The notes below the pieces were generated by a model. That model saw only the letters and a program-made list of their open reading frames with translations, was not told the origin of the DNA and did not search any database. Source: a bacterium (GTDB lineage: Bacteria > Planctomycetota > JADGBV01). From it: a stretch of DNA of 58,910 nucleotides. The translations under genes were made by a program, and so were the position numbers. The stretch is from assembly GCA_023261545.1 (NCBI GenBank), contig JAHFOS010000005.1:1-58910 (forward strand). The letters run 5' to 3'. Positions 29,556-39,795 of the stretch are shown one piece after another (within the stretch, counting starts at the first letter, position 1; each line of letters opens with the position of its first letter).

Positions 29556-30377
29556 ATGGCTAAGGTGAATCAGGCTCTGGCCGCTGCCGCCACCAGGTTA
29601 TTGCGACCGCTGGTGCGCATTCTGCTCAGGAACGGCGTGCCCTACGGCACCTTCGCCGAATGGGCCAAGCGGGTTTTCGCCGACGTGGCCACCCAGGAAT
29701 TCTCTCTGGCCTACAAGAAGCAAACAGATTCGCGCGTTTCCGTGCTGACGGGGCTCAGCCGCAAGGAAATACGTCAGCTCAGGGAAACGCCGGCGCTGGA
29801 CGACAGTCACTGGAGCGAGAAGTACAACCGCGCCGCGCGCGTGGTCAGCAGTTGGGTGCGCGACCCGTCCTTCGCCGGTGAGTCCGGCCAGCCGGCGGAC
29901 CTTCCCTTCGAGGGTGCGGGAGCGAGTTTCACCGAGCTCGTCAAGAAATACAGCGGCGACGTGCCGGCCCGCGCCATGCTCGACGAACTGCTGCGCGTGG
30001 GCACCGTGGAGCTCGTCAAGGGCGAGCGCGTGCGCCTGCTGGCGCGATCCTATGTTCCGGCGGGTGACGACAGCGAGAAGGTGGTCATGATGGGCGAGGA
30101 CACGGCGGACCTGCTCGCCACCTTCGACCACAATTTCACGCATCCTCCGGAAAAGAGCTTCCTGCAACTCAAGGTCGTTTACGACAACCTGCCCGCCGGG
30201 GTGCTCCACAAGTTGCGCGGGCTTTCCAAGGAGAAGGCCCAGCTTTTCCTGGAGGACCTCGATCAGTGGCTTTCCTCCCACGACCGCGACACCAACCCGG
30301 CTTCGGAAGGGCCGGGTCGCCAGCGCGCCGGCGTGGCCGTCTATTACTTTGAAGAAGACCTGGAGGGCGGGAAATGA
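29556..30377 (+). CDS. DUF6502 family protein (putative transcriptional regulator)
   Basis: LLRPLVRILLRNGV, TDSRVSVLTGLSRKEI (HTH-like), LPFEG..SFTELVKKYSGDVPARAMLDEL, RAGVAVYYFEE. Confidence 0.9.
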   Translation: MAKVNQALAAAATRLLRPLVRILLRNGVPYGTFAEWAKRVFADVATQEFSLAYKKQTDSRVSVLTGLSRKEIRQLRETPALDDSHWSEKYNRAARVVSSWVRDPSFAGESGQPADLPFEGAGASFTELVKKYSGDVPARAMLDELLRVGTVELVKGERVRLLARSYVPAGDDSEKVVMMGEDTADLLATFDHNFTHPPEKSFLQLKVVYDNLPAGVLHKLRGLSKEKAQLFLEDLDQWLSSHDRDTNPASEGPGRQRAGVAVYYFEEDLEGGK

Positions 30378-32578
30378 TCGCGCGCGCACACTTCTCCAGT
30401 TGCCTTCCTCTGGGTCTGCTGCTCGCCGCATGGCTGCTGGCCCTTGGCTGCGGGGGCGGCGGCGGGGTCAACCTCGCCGCGGGGGGCATTCGCGGCACGG
30501 GTGGCGGCACCATCGTGACCGGCGTCATTGACGACGGGGCGCTGCTTTCCAAGGCCCGGATGGCGGCGGCGGACAGCTTGCAGGTCCAGGCGCGCGACGT
30601 CGCCACCGGCAGCCTCTACTCCGCCACCGTGCAGGGCCGCGGCTACACGCTCATCGTTCCCTTTGGGGCCGAGGTCGAAATTACGGCCCGCAACGGCGGC
30701 ACGGTGCTGCTTTCGCGCACGCTGGACGGCGACAAGACGGCGCTGCCTGCCATCACGGCGGACATCAACGCCGTCACCCATGCGCGCGCGCGCATGGCCC
30801 TCAAGGTGATGGAGGGCGGAAGCGCCCTGAAGGCCGCTCACGAGGCCGCCGATTTCGAGCTGTACGGCCGCACCGGAGTGCCCGAGGCCGATCTCAAACT
30901 CGCGGCCCTGGTCGCGGCCAACCCCACGCTTGCCGCGCGCGTGGCGGTGCACCAGCACCTGGCCGGCCAGGTTTTGAGTGGCGAGGTGGCCGAGCTGCTG
31001 CGCTTGTTCACGGAGGCCTTTTCGCGCACCTCGTCCGCCAAAGCCCGCGAGGCCTTCGCTGCCGCGGCGAATGGGCTTTCGAGCCCCGCCCTGGCGCGCA
31101 CCTTCGCCTCCGCCCTGGAGGCGGTGGAGAACTCCGGGAAAGTAGGCGCCGCGGCCTTGGCGGGGCTGCGCGCGGAGTGCACGAACACCCTGGTGCGGAC
31201 GGCCTTCATCGAGGCGGAGGAGAACCCCTACTTCCTTGCCAGCGCGGGAGGGACCTTGGCCGCTGCCCCCGGCGTGACGCTGCTCGTCACCCACGCGGCG
31301 GCCAGCACCCGGGATATCCTGGGGATTTCCAGCACGACGGGCACGCTCAACCCCGCGCCGGCCGGGGCCTACGATGCCGCAGGCGACGGCGGGCGCACGC
31401 TGCGCTTCACGCCGGCCCTGGCCGATGTCGGCGGCACCTTCACCTGGACGCTCTCGGCCCAGGGCGGCAACGGGCGCACGGCCACGGACCTCCTGCGCAT
31501 CCCGGTGCGCGCGCTTGAACTCAAGAGCGGCGCGCGCCGCAAAATCGGCGTATCATCGGCCAACACCGGCAGTTACCGGCCCCTGCTAGGGCCGGTTTCC
31601 TCCGGAAGCAGCTTCTACCTGCTCGCGCGCTATTCGGCCAATTTTCACCGCATCGAGGGCTACAAAATAGCGGACTTCAGGAGCGGCGAGGGGGACAGCG
31701 CGGTCCCCTTTACGAGCTACAATCTGCCGGTCACCATCGGCGGCGTGCGCGACTTCATCATCCACCAGGGCGTGGGCTACGTCGCCACCACGGACGCCGG
31801 CGTGCTGGGCTACGACCTCGCGGGGGATGCCGCTGCCGGGCCGAAATATGCCGCGCCTTCCATGGACGTGCACAGCCTGGCCGTGGCGGGCGGCCGCCTC
31901 TATGGGCTCAATACCGCGAGTTCCGCCGTCCTGCGCGCCGGGCTCGACCTCACTTTCCCCACCGCCCTTGTTGGAGCGGGCAGCCCCGGCGAAAAGGCCG
32001 CGGCGCTGCGCGCGGGTGATCTGGCCGGCCAGGGAGGGATCTTGCTCCTGGCCTCGGGCAACGCGCTCGCTTTCTACGACACCGCCAGCGCGTCCTTCCT
32101 GCCCGATTACAATTCATCCGCGTCCTTCGCTTTCGCCGCCGACAACAGCGGGCTCGATGACTCCGCCCTTTACATCCTCGGAAGTACGACGGCCACGCGC
32201 CTCAACCTCGCGGCTCCGACCTGGACGGCGAGCACGCTGGCTGGGATTTCCTGGAGCTCGGAAGGCGGAGCCTTCGCGGTCCACGCCGGCCACGCCTATG
32301 TCCTCGAAGGCAACTCCACGGCGGCCGCCTACAGCCTGCGCGCGACAACCCAGCGCACCCCGGCCTTCCAGGCCACTCCCACGCCCGTGTTTTACGCCAA
32401 TAATGGCGCCTTGCTGCCCCTGGTGGTCGCTGAATCCGGAGGCATCGAAGCCGGAAAAAGCGGCGCCTGGCTACTGGCCCCCGGCCAGTACAGCGCCGGC
32501 GGCAGCATTGACTCCCTGGTCGCCGCCCAGGACGGCACATGGTACATCCGCACCACCGTGGCGCAGCCCATTCCCTAG
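30374..32578 (+). CDS. Lipoprotein with an Ig-like and a C-terminal beta-propeller-like region
   Basis: Lipobox LALG-C followed by GGGGG and GGIRGTG (a motif typical of genes after DUF6502); translationally coupled to DUF6502. Confidence 0.75.
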   Translation: MIARAHFSSCLPLGLLLAAWLLALGCGGGGGVNLAAGGIRGTGGGTIVTGVIDDGALLSKARMAAADSLQVQARDVATGSLYSATVQGRGYTLIVPFGAEVEITARNGGTVLLSRTLDGDKTALPAITADINAVTHARARMALKVMEGGSALKAAHEAADFELYGRTGVPEADLKLAALVAANPTLAARVAVHQHLAGQVLSGEVAELLRLFTEAFSRTSSAKAREAFAAAANGLSSPALARTFASALEAVENSGKVGAAALAGLRAECTNTLVRTAFIEAEENPYFLASAGGTLAAAPGVTLLVTHAAASTRDILGISSTTGTLNPAPAGAYDAAGDGGRTLRFTPALADVGGTFTWTLSAQGGNGRTATDLLRIPVRALELKSGARRKIGVSSANTGSYRPLLGPVSSGSSFYLLARYSANFHRIEGYKIADFRSGEGDSAVPFTSYNLPVTIGGVRDFIIHQGVGYVATTDAGVLGYDLAGDAAAGPKYAAPSMDVHSLAVAGGRLYGLNTASSAVLRAGLDLTFPTALVGAGSPGEKAAALRAGDLAGQGGILLLASGNALAFYDTASASFLPDYNSSASFAFAADNSGLDDSALYILGSTTATRLNLAAPTWTASTLAGISWSSEGGAFAVHAGHAYVLEGNSTAAAYSLRATTQRTPAFQATPTPVFYANNGALLPLVVAESGGIEAGKSGAWLLAPGQYSAGGSIDSLVAAQDGTWYIRTTVAQPIP

Positions 32579-32604
32579 CTTGTCGCAGAAGAGGAAACGC
32601 TAAC

Positions 32605-35600
32605 ATGCCCCAGCCCATGCCTGAAATCCCGCACCTCCAGAGGTTTTTTCGTCTTTTTTCGGCGTTGCTGTTGGCCGTGGTCGTCTCGATGACGGCTGTC
32701 TTTCCCGCTGAACAACATCTGCTGATCTACTACCCCCCCTACCAGAGCCAGGCTCAGAAGATCAAGGATTTCCTCAACAAACGCGGCATCGAAACCCTGC
32801 TCATGCCGGCCCCCTACGGCTTCAGCAGCGACCGCGAGTACCCTGCGGATACCGCGCCCTCCTGGAAAACCTTCTGGGAAAGCCTGGTGGGCACCGGCGA
32901 GAGCGCCAGCGCCATGCTCATGGTGGATCCGCTCATGATCTTGAACGGGCAGTATCTCAATGGCGTCACCCCGGCGACCTTTGTATGGGACGGCACCCGC
33001 AACATGTATCCTCATGGCGCCTTGGTTGACGGGCGCTTGGCAACCATCGCCCATGTCACGATCCTGGGCAATCCCTTGGAAATTCCGCCGAGCTCCACCA
33101 TCCTGCGGGGCAACATCCGCCAGCCGACGGACCACTACTACTCGCTCAAGGGGACGCTGTCCGACTTCGTCCCGGATCACACCGTGAGCCGCATTCCCAT
33201 CACGGTGACGGACTCGACCAACCAGATGGACCTCTTCAATATCGCCGGCACCACGCCTTCCTTCAGCACCATCAACACCCGGGGCTGGGCGACGTTCAGG
33301 AGCTCCAATGCCGGCGAACTCAATGGCGTCAGCATCTACCTGAACCTTCCCAACCATAAGGATCCCAATCCCACCTCGCTGCTCGTCAATGTGGCCGACA
33401 ACACCAGCATCAAGAGTCCGACGACGCTGGACGGCAACGTCAAGCTCATCGTCACCCGCACGGTGAGCGGTTACGCCCTGCCCAGCATTGCCACCCACCC
33501 CCACATCGTGCGCAAGATTCCCTCCGACAAGAACGCCAAGGGCGCTTTCGCCTACTATGCGAACAGCGGCAATTTCGTGGAGGCCCTGCACATCAAGTCC
33601 ATCGGCAACTTCACCTACAGCGTCACCGTCGGCAACGAGGTGTTGCTGGGCACCGTCAAGGCGGTAGCGGCCGGCGCCGGCCAGATCTCGGCCGATCCCA
33701 CCAGCATCAGCACCTCTTTGGCCACCGCCTTGGCGACCTCCGGAAATTACCTGCTCATATCCCAGGGTGGCGCCGACAAAGGGGACAATTACGTCATGGT
33801 CAATTTCACGTCGCCCGCCTTCACGGTGGATTCCAGCATCGGCGACACCCCCGACAACGATCTGAAGGACCAGACCCTTGAAGTCTGGAGATACACCGCC
33901 GCCGATACCTCCATCAAGGGCACCGGCACCAAGAACGCTAGCGACGGCGGCATCGCGTCCGTGAAATACATCAGCCCCGGCACCTTGAGCGGCACGCCCA
34001 CGACCGGCACGGCCTACGATCTGCGCGGTGCGGCCACGCGCATCGTGGACAAGGTCGTCGCCTGGGGGGAGTACGTGTGGTCGAACTCATCCGACGCTAC
34101 CTCGGTGCTGGCCTCGGGCCTCGGCCAGGGCGGCAAGCCCGACTTCTTCAACAGCGCCCTGGTGGCTATTCCCATCAACGACTACCGCTGGGACTACTAC
34201 TATGAGCACATCGCCCTCGATCTCGTGAACTACTACGATAGCGCGCTTTCCGCCAGCCCCTCGGTTTTCAACGGTTTCCGGGTGGTCAAGGTCTTCCCCA
34301 GCAACGACAACTACAGCGGTAACGCCACGCACCCGCGCATCCGGCCCGGCATCAACCGCCTCAGCAACAACGTGGCGGCGCGCATCACCTCCATCGCCCA
34401 GGGCACCGATCAGGGCAGTTATGGCGGCATCATTCAACTGGTGCAAGTGAACCAGGGTGAGGCGGCCATCCGCCTCACCGGCAACTCGGCGGAGAAATTC
34501 CAGGTGCTGATCCAGGAAAGCACCCCCGGCAGCAGCGCGCTCAGCAACCCCCTGCCCGCGGAATACACCGTGGCCACAGCGGGCAATCCCACCAAAATAG
34601 CTTTCGCGGGCTATGGCGGCAGTTTCATCGTGAACGGCACCACCACGGTGCGCGTGCATGTACGCGATGCCAACGACCAGTTGGTCACGAGTTCGAGCAA
34701 CAGCCTCACCTTCCAACTCGCCAGCAACACCGCCACCATCTCCGGCATCAACGTCGGCGGGGCGGTGACGGACGGAGCCCTCAACACCCAGCGTGTGACC
34801 TTCCCGGCCGCGAATGGTGTCGCCGAGATCAAAATCCTGGATACTTCCGCCGAGAATTTCCTGGTGGTGGTGACCAATGCCGGCAACGTTCTCGCCAATC
34901 CCCAGCAACTCACGGTGAACTCCGTGGCCTCGTCGGTGGGCACGCCCATCCGCATCGAGGTGAGCACCAGCAGCAGCTTTTCCGGCGTCGGCAGCGTCGC
35001 GGAGTTGCGCGTCCAGATTCAGGACTCCAACGGCCTGCGACTCAACACCGACAACACCACCATCGTCAGGTTCGAGCTCAATCCCTTCCCTTCCACCGAC
35101 ATGATAGCCCAGACCTCGGGCAAGGGCATCTTCTACATGACCGACAATTTCGAGAGCATTTTCGGCAACACCACGAACTGGAACAGCAGCCATTTCCAGA
35201 ATACCGGCGTCACGCCCGAATTGCCCCTCGTCATCGCCGGCGGTGAGAACGGCTTCGACCTCACCTATGACCCTGAGAACATCGAGCGCTGGATCGGCTA
35301 CGGCACGGCGTCGCTTTCCTATCGCCCCAGCGGCAATACCTTTGCCGGCAGCATCGGCTATATCGGCTATCATTCCCACAGCCTCTATATCAAGCGCCCC
35401 CCCATTGACACCACCTTCGAGTGGGGATATCCCATCCTCACCAATCCGGTGGATGTTCACTGGGACAAAGGCGCCTTCAAGCCCGAGCTCATGGCCCGGC
35501 ATATCCTGGCCCGGGAGGCCGTGCGCGAATACTCCTCGGCCAGCCAGCCCACCATCGGCACCCTGTGGAAGGAATCCATCACCGGCTACCTCGACGATCT

Positions 35601-38600
35601 GATGACGAAATATCCCTCCGTTTTCAAGACGAGATCGGATGCCGCCAAGTACGCCATCGCGGACCTCGAGCGCTGGGGAGCCATCGGGCTTTCCGCCCAG
35701 GAACTTCCCGTCCACAAGTACTGGCCGCACAAATTCAATTCCGCGACCAGCGACTTCGTGGCCGATGAGGTGCCTGTGCCCTCGGTCACCGTCACCTCCG
35801 CCAGCCTGCGGTCCACGGACACTTACGATCGCTATGAGATACCGGTGGTGGAGATCCCAGACTCGGCCACCAGCGGGCAAAACGTGACCTTCTCCATCAC
35901 CAACGCGTCCTCCTATCCCAGCGGCACGGATTTCCGCGTCACGCTGGTGGCTTTGCCGTTGGTCAATCCCAGGGATTCGGTTTTCGAACTCCACGGCCGC
36001 ATCTCCCAGCTCGACTTCAGCGCTCCGCCCCAGCAGGGGGAGGTTTCTTACACTCTTTTCGCGAACTCGGGCAATGCCAGCTCCTTCAGCCTCCCCTTCT
36101 ATCCTACCTGGGGGCGCAGTTCGGGGACCACGGGCACGCTGCAGCGCGGGCCCTCGCTCTACACGCTGCGCGTGGAGGCCCTGGAGCCGGCCCACAGCGG
36201 CGAACTCAGCACGGCCCAGAAGACGGCGCAATACACCAAGGAAACCCGGCTCTATTTCCGTGTGGTCAACAAGTTCACGCTCTACGACGAGACCATGTTC
36301 CTGCTGGTCAACAATACGGATCACGACCCCTACCAGTTGCGCTACTTCTGGAACAACATGGTTCCCTCCACCAGCATCCGCTACTACGCGGATGCCCTCG
36401 ACAACTACCAGTACACGCGCGGCACGCTTTCCCTGAGTTCGGCGGCCAGCGGCGGTTCGGCTACTTTCAGCGCCGACGTCAACAGCAATACCTATTGGGA
36501 TCAGCGCCTGGCGGCCGGGGACAAGATCCGCGCCCTCGATCTCAGCACCAACCTTTTCAGCCCTTGGCATCGCATCACTTCGGTAGGGACGGCTTCCATC
36601 GCGGTGAGCGACGGCGACAGCACCTTCTCCAGCACCACCAATTATAAGAAGACGCTGTACGTCTCCCAGCGCGCCTATACGGAGGGCTACGCGCTGCTCA
36701 CCTACACCTCCGCGGCGGGCACCAACAGCGGCAAGCCCACGGTGTCCACCACGGGGGTCAAGCTCATCCTGCCTGGCAGCGACTACCTCGGTTTCAGCGA
36801 TGTAGTGAAGACGGGAGATTATTTCAAGCTCCTTGACGAGGGGACTTATTCTGAAATCACGGCTTTGTCTGTAGCCGGAAACGTTGCCTCCATCACCCTG
36901 GCCAGCGAATATCCCCTGGACTCCCTCTACCACTACCACGCCCAGCCGACCGGGCAATTCTGGGGCGAGGGCAGCATGCTGGCCAGCACGGCTTCCGGGA
37001 ATATTTTGGGTTCCTACGCCATCTACCCCTCCACGGGCAGCGGTTCGAGCAAGCGGCCGCTCTATCTCTATCAGACATGGCATGTCCACAACTTCAACAC
37101 CGCCAACACCACCGGTCAGGGCCTGTACGGCGATGTCACCCAGGGTATCCTTGACAGCTTCGCCAAGGGCGACAGCACCAGCCGGCGTCACAAGGCCGTG
37201 GTCTGGGCTCACGAATCCGGATATGAGGTCAACGACTGGAACATCCTGGTGGGGCTTACGGGCCGGGAGCTCAACCGCAATTTTTCCACTGGGGACACCA
37301 CCGGCGATGCCGGCATTATCCTTGAAGGCAATTTGCCCATCCATTATTTCTCGGTGAAGGACAAGGCGCGCATCGCCTCGTTCCTGAGCCTTGGAGGCAG
37401 ACTCTTGACAGGCGGGCAATGGGTGGACGCCGGAAACACTACCATGGACGACTCTTTCTACGACACCTTGGGCGTGGCCATCCAGCATTCTGGGAATGGC
37501 ACGGGCATCATCCAAATCACGGATTCTGGATTGCGCGCCCTCAAGAAGGTGCCGGGAGATCCCATCACAGATAAATTCGAAAACAACCTCGATATCCAGG
37601 GCGGTGTTTCGCCCAATACCACAAAGCAGGTGGATAACGAGGCCAGCCTATGCGTCTATAACCCCAGTCCGCTCTTCATTCGCAAAGGCCAGGGTCTGCC
37701 CTTCGTTTACTATGGAGGCACGGGCTCCGCGGGCGGTGAGACCATCGCCGGCGTGCGCGCCAGCGGCGGGCCCAACGAACGGCCCTATGGCACGGTTTTT
37801 GCGGGTTTCGATTTCGGGACCCTGAGCCCCTCGGGAGCGCGCAGTATTTACAAACCGCTCAGCGATTCCCTTGAAGAAGGCCGGCGCCTGCTGCTCAAGC
37901 AGTCTCTGGACTGGCTGCGCGATCCCTCGCGCACCTCCGAAAGCCAGATCCTCAAAATAATCTATCACGCCAAGCTGGCCGACGGCACCCTTTACGCCAT
38001 TACGCTCTCCACGGACAACACCATCACCGTGAACACGGCGGTGCACACCGCGGCCGGCATCACGGGTGGCGTGGGGCCCAACAGTGATCTCATCTTCAGC
38101 GCTCAAGGTGGCCAGATCTACGATCTCACGAGTTATTCCTGGGTCGTGGCCAGCACTGGCACGGGCGGGGCCAAGCAGCCCACCCTCACCGTGGACAGCA
38201 ACTACCCCGGCAATTCGCGCATCGTCTTTCGCACCGGCGACCTCACCACGGGCAGCGATACCATCCGCCTCACCGGCCCGGACGGCAGCGTGCGCAACCT
38301 GGTGATTGCGCCTCAGAAGTTTCCCCTCTCTTTCACTGTCCAAAACAGCGGCAACGCGGTGGTGGGCGGAAAGATCTTGAACACGGCGGGTGCCACCGTA
38401 AAAATCGTGGCTTTGGGTGGAGACGGCCTCGGATCTTACATTTACTCCGTCATTCCAGGGGACCCCATCTTCAGCAACAGCACGCTGATCTCGGCGGGCA
38501 GCGAATCCGTCACCTACACGTTGCCCAACGCGGTGATCACCGACACCGTGAGCGTGACCTTCCTCGTGGAGTCCGGATCCCAATCCGCCACCGCCACCCT

Positions 38601-39795
38601 CAAGATTCTGGCGCCGGTGAACTTCACGGCCAGCTCGGACACCTTCACCGTGGTCGGGGGGGCGCCGGCGCACCTCGTGGCCGCGGGCGGGGATGGCAGC
38701 TACACCTTTTCCACCACGGATTCCGGAATGGTCAAACTCACCGACGATACAGACAAAAAAGGCACCAGCGTGGCGGGGTTGACGACTGCCTCGATCAGCA
38801 TTGATCCGAACAGCCCCAGCGTGTCCACCATCCAGGTGCAGTCTTTCGGTTCCGTCAATTACGGGTATGTCAAGGTTTACTCGGCGCCCGTCCTGCGCTA
38901 TCGTTTGGATTCGGCCTCCGGTTGGACCAACATTGCCGACGGCGACAAGGTTCCGCTGCCCACGGGAGGCCAGCTTGAACTCAATGTCGCCGGCGGGCTG
39001 ACCACGGCCACCTGGCGCGTCCTCGACGAGACCTTATCCACGACCAACGTGCTGCGCCGTGTTTCCGACAGCAGCGAATACGCCAAAGGGGGGAGTTTCA
39101 CGGCCAGCTACGCGACGACCGCTCAGGCGCTGTTGCTCACGGGCACTACGGGCAGCGGCAACTCGGTAACGCTCTCCATCAACAGCGGTGGTTCCACCAT
39201 CAGCCGCACCATCAACCTCGTCTCCTCCATCAACGTCACGCCCACGCCCACGGCCATGAAGTTCAGCACCAGCAAGCAGTTCACCGTGGCCACCGGCACG
39301 GCACCCTACACTTGGACTTTTGTGCCTTCGAATTTGGGCACGGGCTTCGCCACAAGCTCCACGGGCAACGCTGTCACCACCCTCAGCGGCAGCGGAACCT
39401 CGGTGTACTTCTTCTCGGGTTCTACCACTGAGCAGGGCACGATTTCGGTCACGGACACGAATGGCAATCTGGGAACGGCTTTTGTCTATGTCAACACCGA
39501 CGGCACCATCCCGGCGACTAGCGGCACGGCACCCCCCACAACCACGACGACCGGCACCACGGGGGCTGCGGCGGGTGTGACCACGCTTCAGGGCGGGGCA
39601 CCGCCAGCGCCGGCCATCGCAGGAGGTGGTTGCTTCATGTCGGGCACCACTTTTATGGTGCGCGCTGGCGGTGATTACGACGGAGACGTCACAGTTGGAT
39701 CATCCCCCGAGTTTTTCGTGCCGGGCGCGGGAACCCCCATGAGCACGGACAGCCAGCCCGCGAAGGCGGCGCACTCCACCCCGAAGGGGAGATAG
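32605..39795 (+). CDS. Giant (~2396 aa) secreted Ser/Thr/Gly-rich surface protein: split gingipain(C25)-like scaffold, Ig-like domains, GATase-like domain, GGGCF motif near the C-terminus
   Basis: GAGGA RBS, signal peptide, uninterrupted 7.2-kb ORF; motifs listed in findings. Confidence 0.8.
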   Translation: MPQPMPEIPHLQRFFRLFSALLLAVVVSMTAVFPAEQHLLIYYPPYQSQAQKIKDFLNKRGIETLLMPAPYGFSSDREYPADTAPSWKTFWESLVGTGESASAMLMVDPLMILNGQYLNGVTPATFVWDGTRNMYPHGALVDGRLATIAHVTILGNPLEIPPSSTILRGNIRQPTDHYYSLKGTLSDFVPDHTVSRIPITVTDSTNQMDLFNIAGTTPSFSTINTRGWATFRSSNAGELNGVSIYLNLPNHKDPNPTSLLVNVADNTSIKSPTTLDGNVKLIVTRTVSGYALPSIATHPHIVRKIPSDKNAKGAFAYYANSGNFVEALHIKSIGNFTYSVTVGNEVLLGTVKAVAAGAGQISADPTSISTSLATALATSGNYLLISQGGADKGDNYVMVNFTSPAFTVDSSIGDTPDNDLKDQTLEVWRYTAADTSIKGTGTKNASDGGIASVKYISPGTLSGTPTTGTAYDLRGAATRIVDKVVAWGEYVWSNSSDATSVLASGLGQGGKPDFFNSALVAIPINDYRWDYYYEHIALDLVNYYDSALSASPSVFNGFRVVKVFPSNDNYSGNATHPRIRPGINRLSNNVAARITSIAQGTDQGSYGGIIQLVQVNQGEAAIRLTGNSAEKFQVLIQESTPGSSALSNPLPAEYTVATAGNPTKIAFAGYGGSFIVNGTTTVRVHVRDANDQLVTSSSNSLTFQLASNTATISGINVGGAVTDGALNTQRVTFPAANGVAEIKILDTSAENFLVVVTNAGNVLANPQQLTVNSVASSVGTPIRIEVSTSSSFSGVGSVAELRVQIQDSNGLRLNTDNTTIVRFELNPFPSTDMIAQTSGKGIFYMTDNFESIFGNTTNWNSSHFQNTGVTPELPLVIAGGENGFDLTYDPENIERWIGYGTASLSYRPSGNTFAGSIGYIGYHSHSLYIKRPPIDTTFEWGYPILTNPVDVHWDKGAFKPELMARHILAREAVREYSSASQPTIGTLWKESITGYLDDLMTKYPSVFKTRSDAAKYAIADLERWGAIGLSAQELPVHKYWPHKFNSATSDFVADEVPVPSVTVTSASLRSTDTYDRYEIPVVEIPDSATSGQNVTFSITNASSYPSGTDFRVTLVALPLVNPRDSVFELHGRISQLDFSAPPQQGEVSYTLFANSGNASSFSLPFYPTWGRSSGTTGTLQRGPSLYTLRVEALEPAHSGELSTAQKTAQYTKETRLYFRVVNKFTLYDETMFLLVNNTDHDPYQLRYFWNNMVPSTSIRYYADALDNYQYTRGTLSLSSAASGGSATFSADVNSNTYWDQRLAAGDKIRALDLSTNLFSPWHRITSVGTASIAVSDGDSTFSSTTNYKKTLYVSQRAYTEGYALLTYTSAAGTNSGKPTVSTTGVKLILPGSDYLGFSDVVKTGDYFKLLDEGTYSEITALSVAGNVASITLASEYPLDSLYHYHAQPTGQFWGEGSMLASTASGNILGSYAIYPSTGSGSSKRPLYLYQTWHVHNFNTANTTGQGLYGDVTQGILDSFAKGDSTSRRHKAVVWAHESGYEVNDWNILVGLTGRELNRNFSTGDTTGDAGIILEGNLPIHYFSVKDKARIASFLSLGGRLLTGGQWVDAGNTTMDDSFYDTLGVAIQHSGNGTGIIQITDSGLRALKKVPGDPITDKFENNLDIQGGVSPNTTKQVDNEASLCVYNPSPLFIRKGQGLPFVYYGGTGSAGGETIAGVRASGGPNERPYGTVFAGFDFGTLSPSGARSIYKPLSDSLEEGRRLLLKQSLDWLRDPSRTSESQILKIIYHAKLADGTLYAITLSTDNTITVNTAVHTAAGITGGVGPNSDLIFSAQGGQIYDLTSYSWVVASTGTGGAKQPTLTVDSNYPGNSRIVFRTGDLTTGSDTIRLTGPDGSVRNLVIAPQKFPLSFTVQNSGNAVVGGKILNTAGATVKIVALGGDGLGSYIYSVIPGDPIFSNSTLISAGSESVTYTLPNAVITDTVSVTFLVESGSQSATATLKILAPVNFTASSDTFTVVGGAPAHLVAAGGDGSYTFSTTDSGMVKLTDDTDKKGTSVAGLTTASISIDPNSPSVSTIQVQSFGSVNYGYVKVYSAPVLRYRLDSASGWTNIADGDKVPLPTGGQLELNVAGGLTTATWRVLDETLSTTNVLRRVSDSSEYAKGGSFTASYATTAQALLLTGTTGSGNSVTLSINSGGSTISRTINLVSSINVTPTPTAMKFSTSKQFTVATGTAPYTWTFVPSNLGTGFATSSTGNAVTTLSGSGTSVYFFSGSTTEQGTISVTDTNGNLGTAFVYVNTDGTIPATSGTAPPTTTTTGTTGAAAGVTTLQGGAPPAPAIAGGGCFMSGTTFMVRAGGDYDGDVTVGSSPEFFVPGAGTPMSTDSQPAKAAHSTPKGR

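Noticed and set aside
34087-37515. 1142-aa minus-strand ORF (and similar long antisense ORFs at 3210, 25049, 46823, 52094)
   Set aside because: Antisense shadows of GC-rich genes with no recognisable motifs.
39628-39795. Intein/Hint domain at CFMSGT
   Set aside because: Only about 55 residues follow, with no TxxH block or terminal HN, so it cannot be a complete Hint domain.
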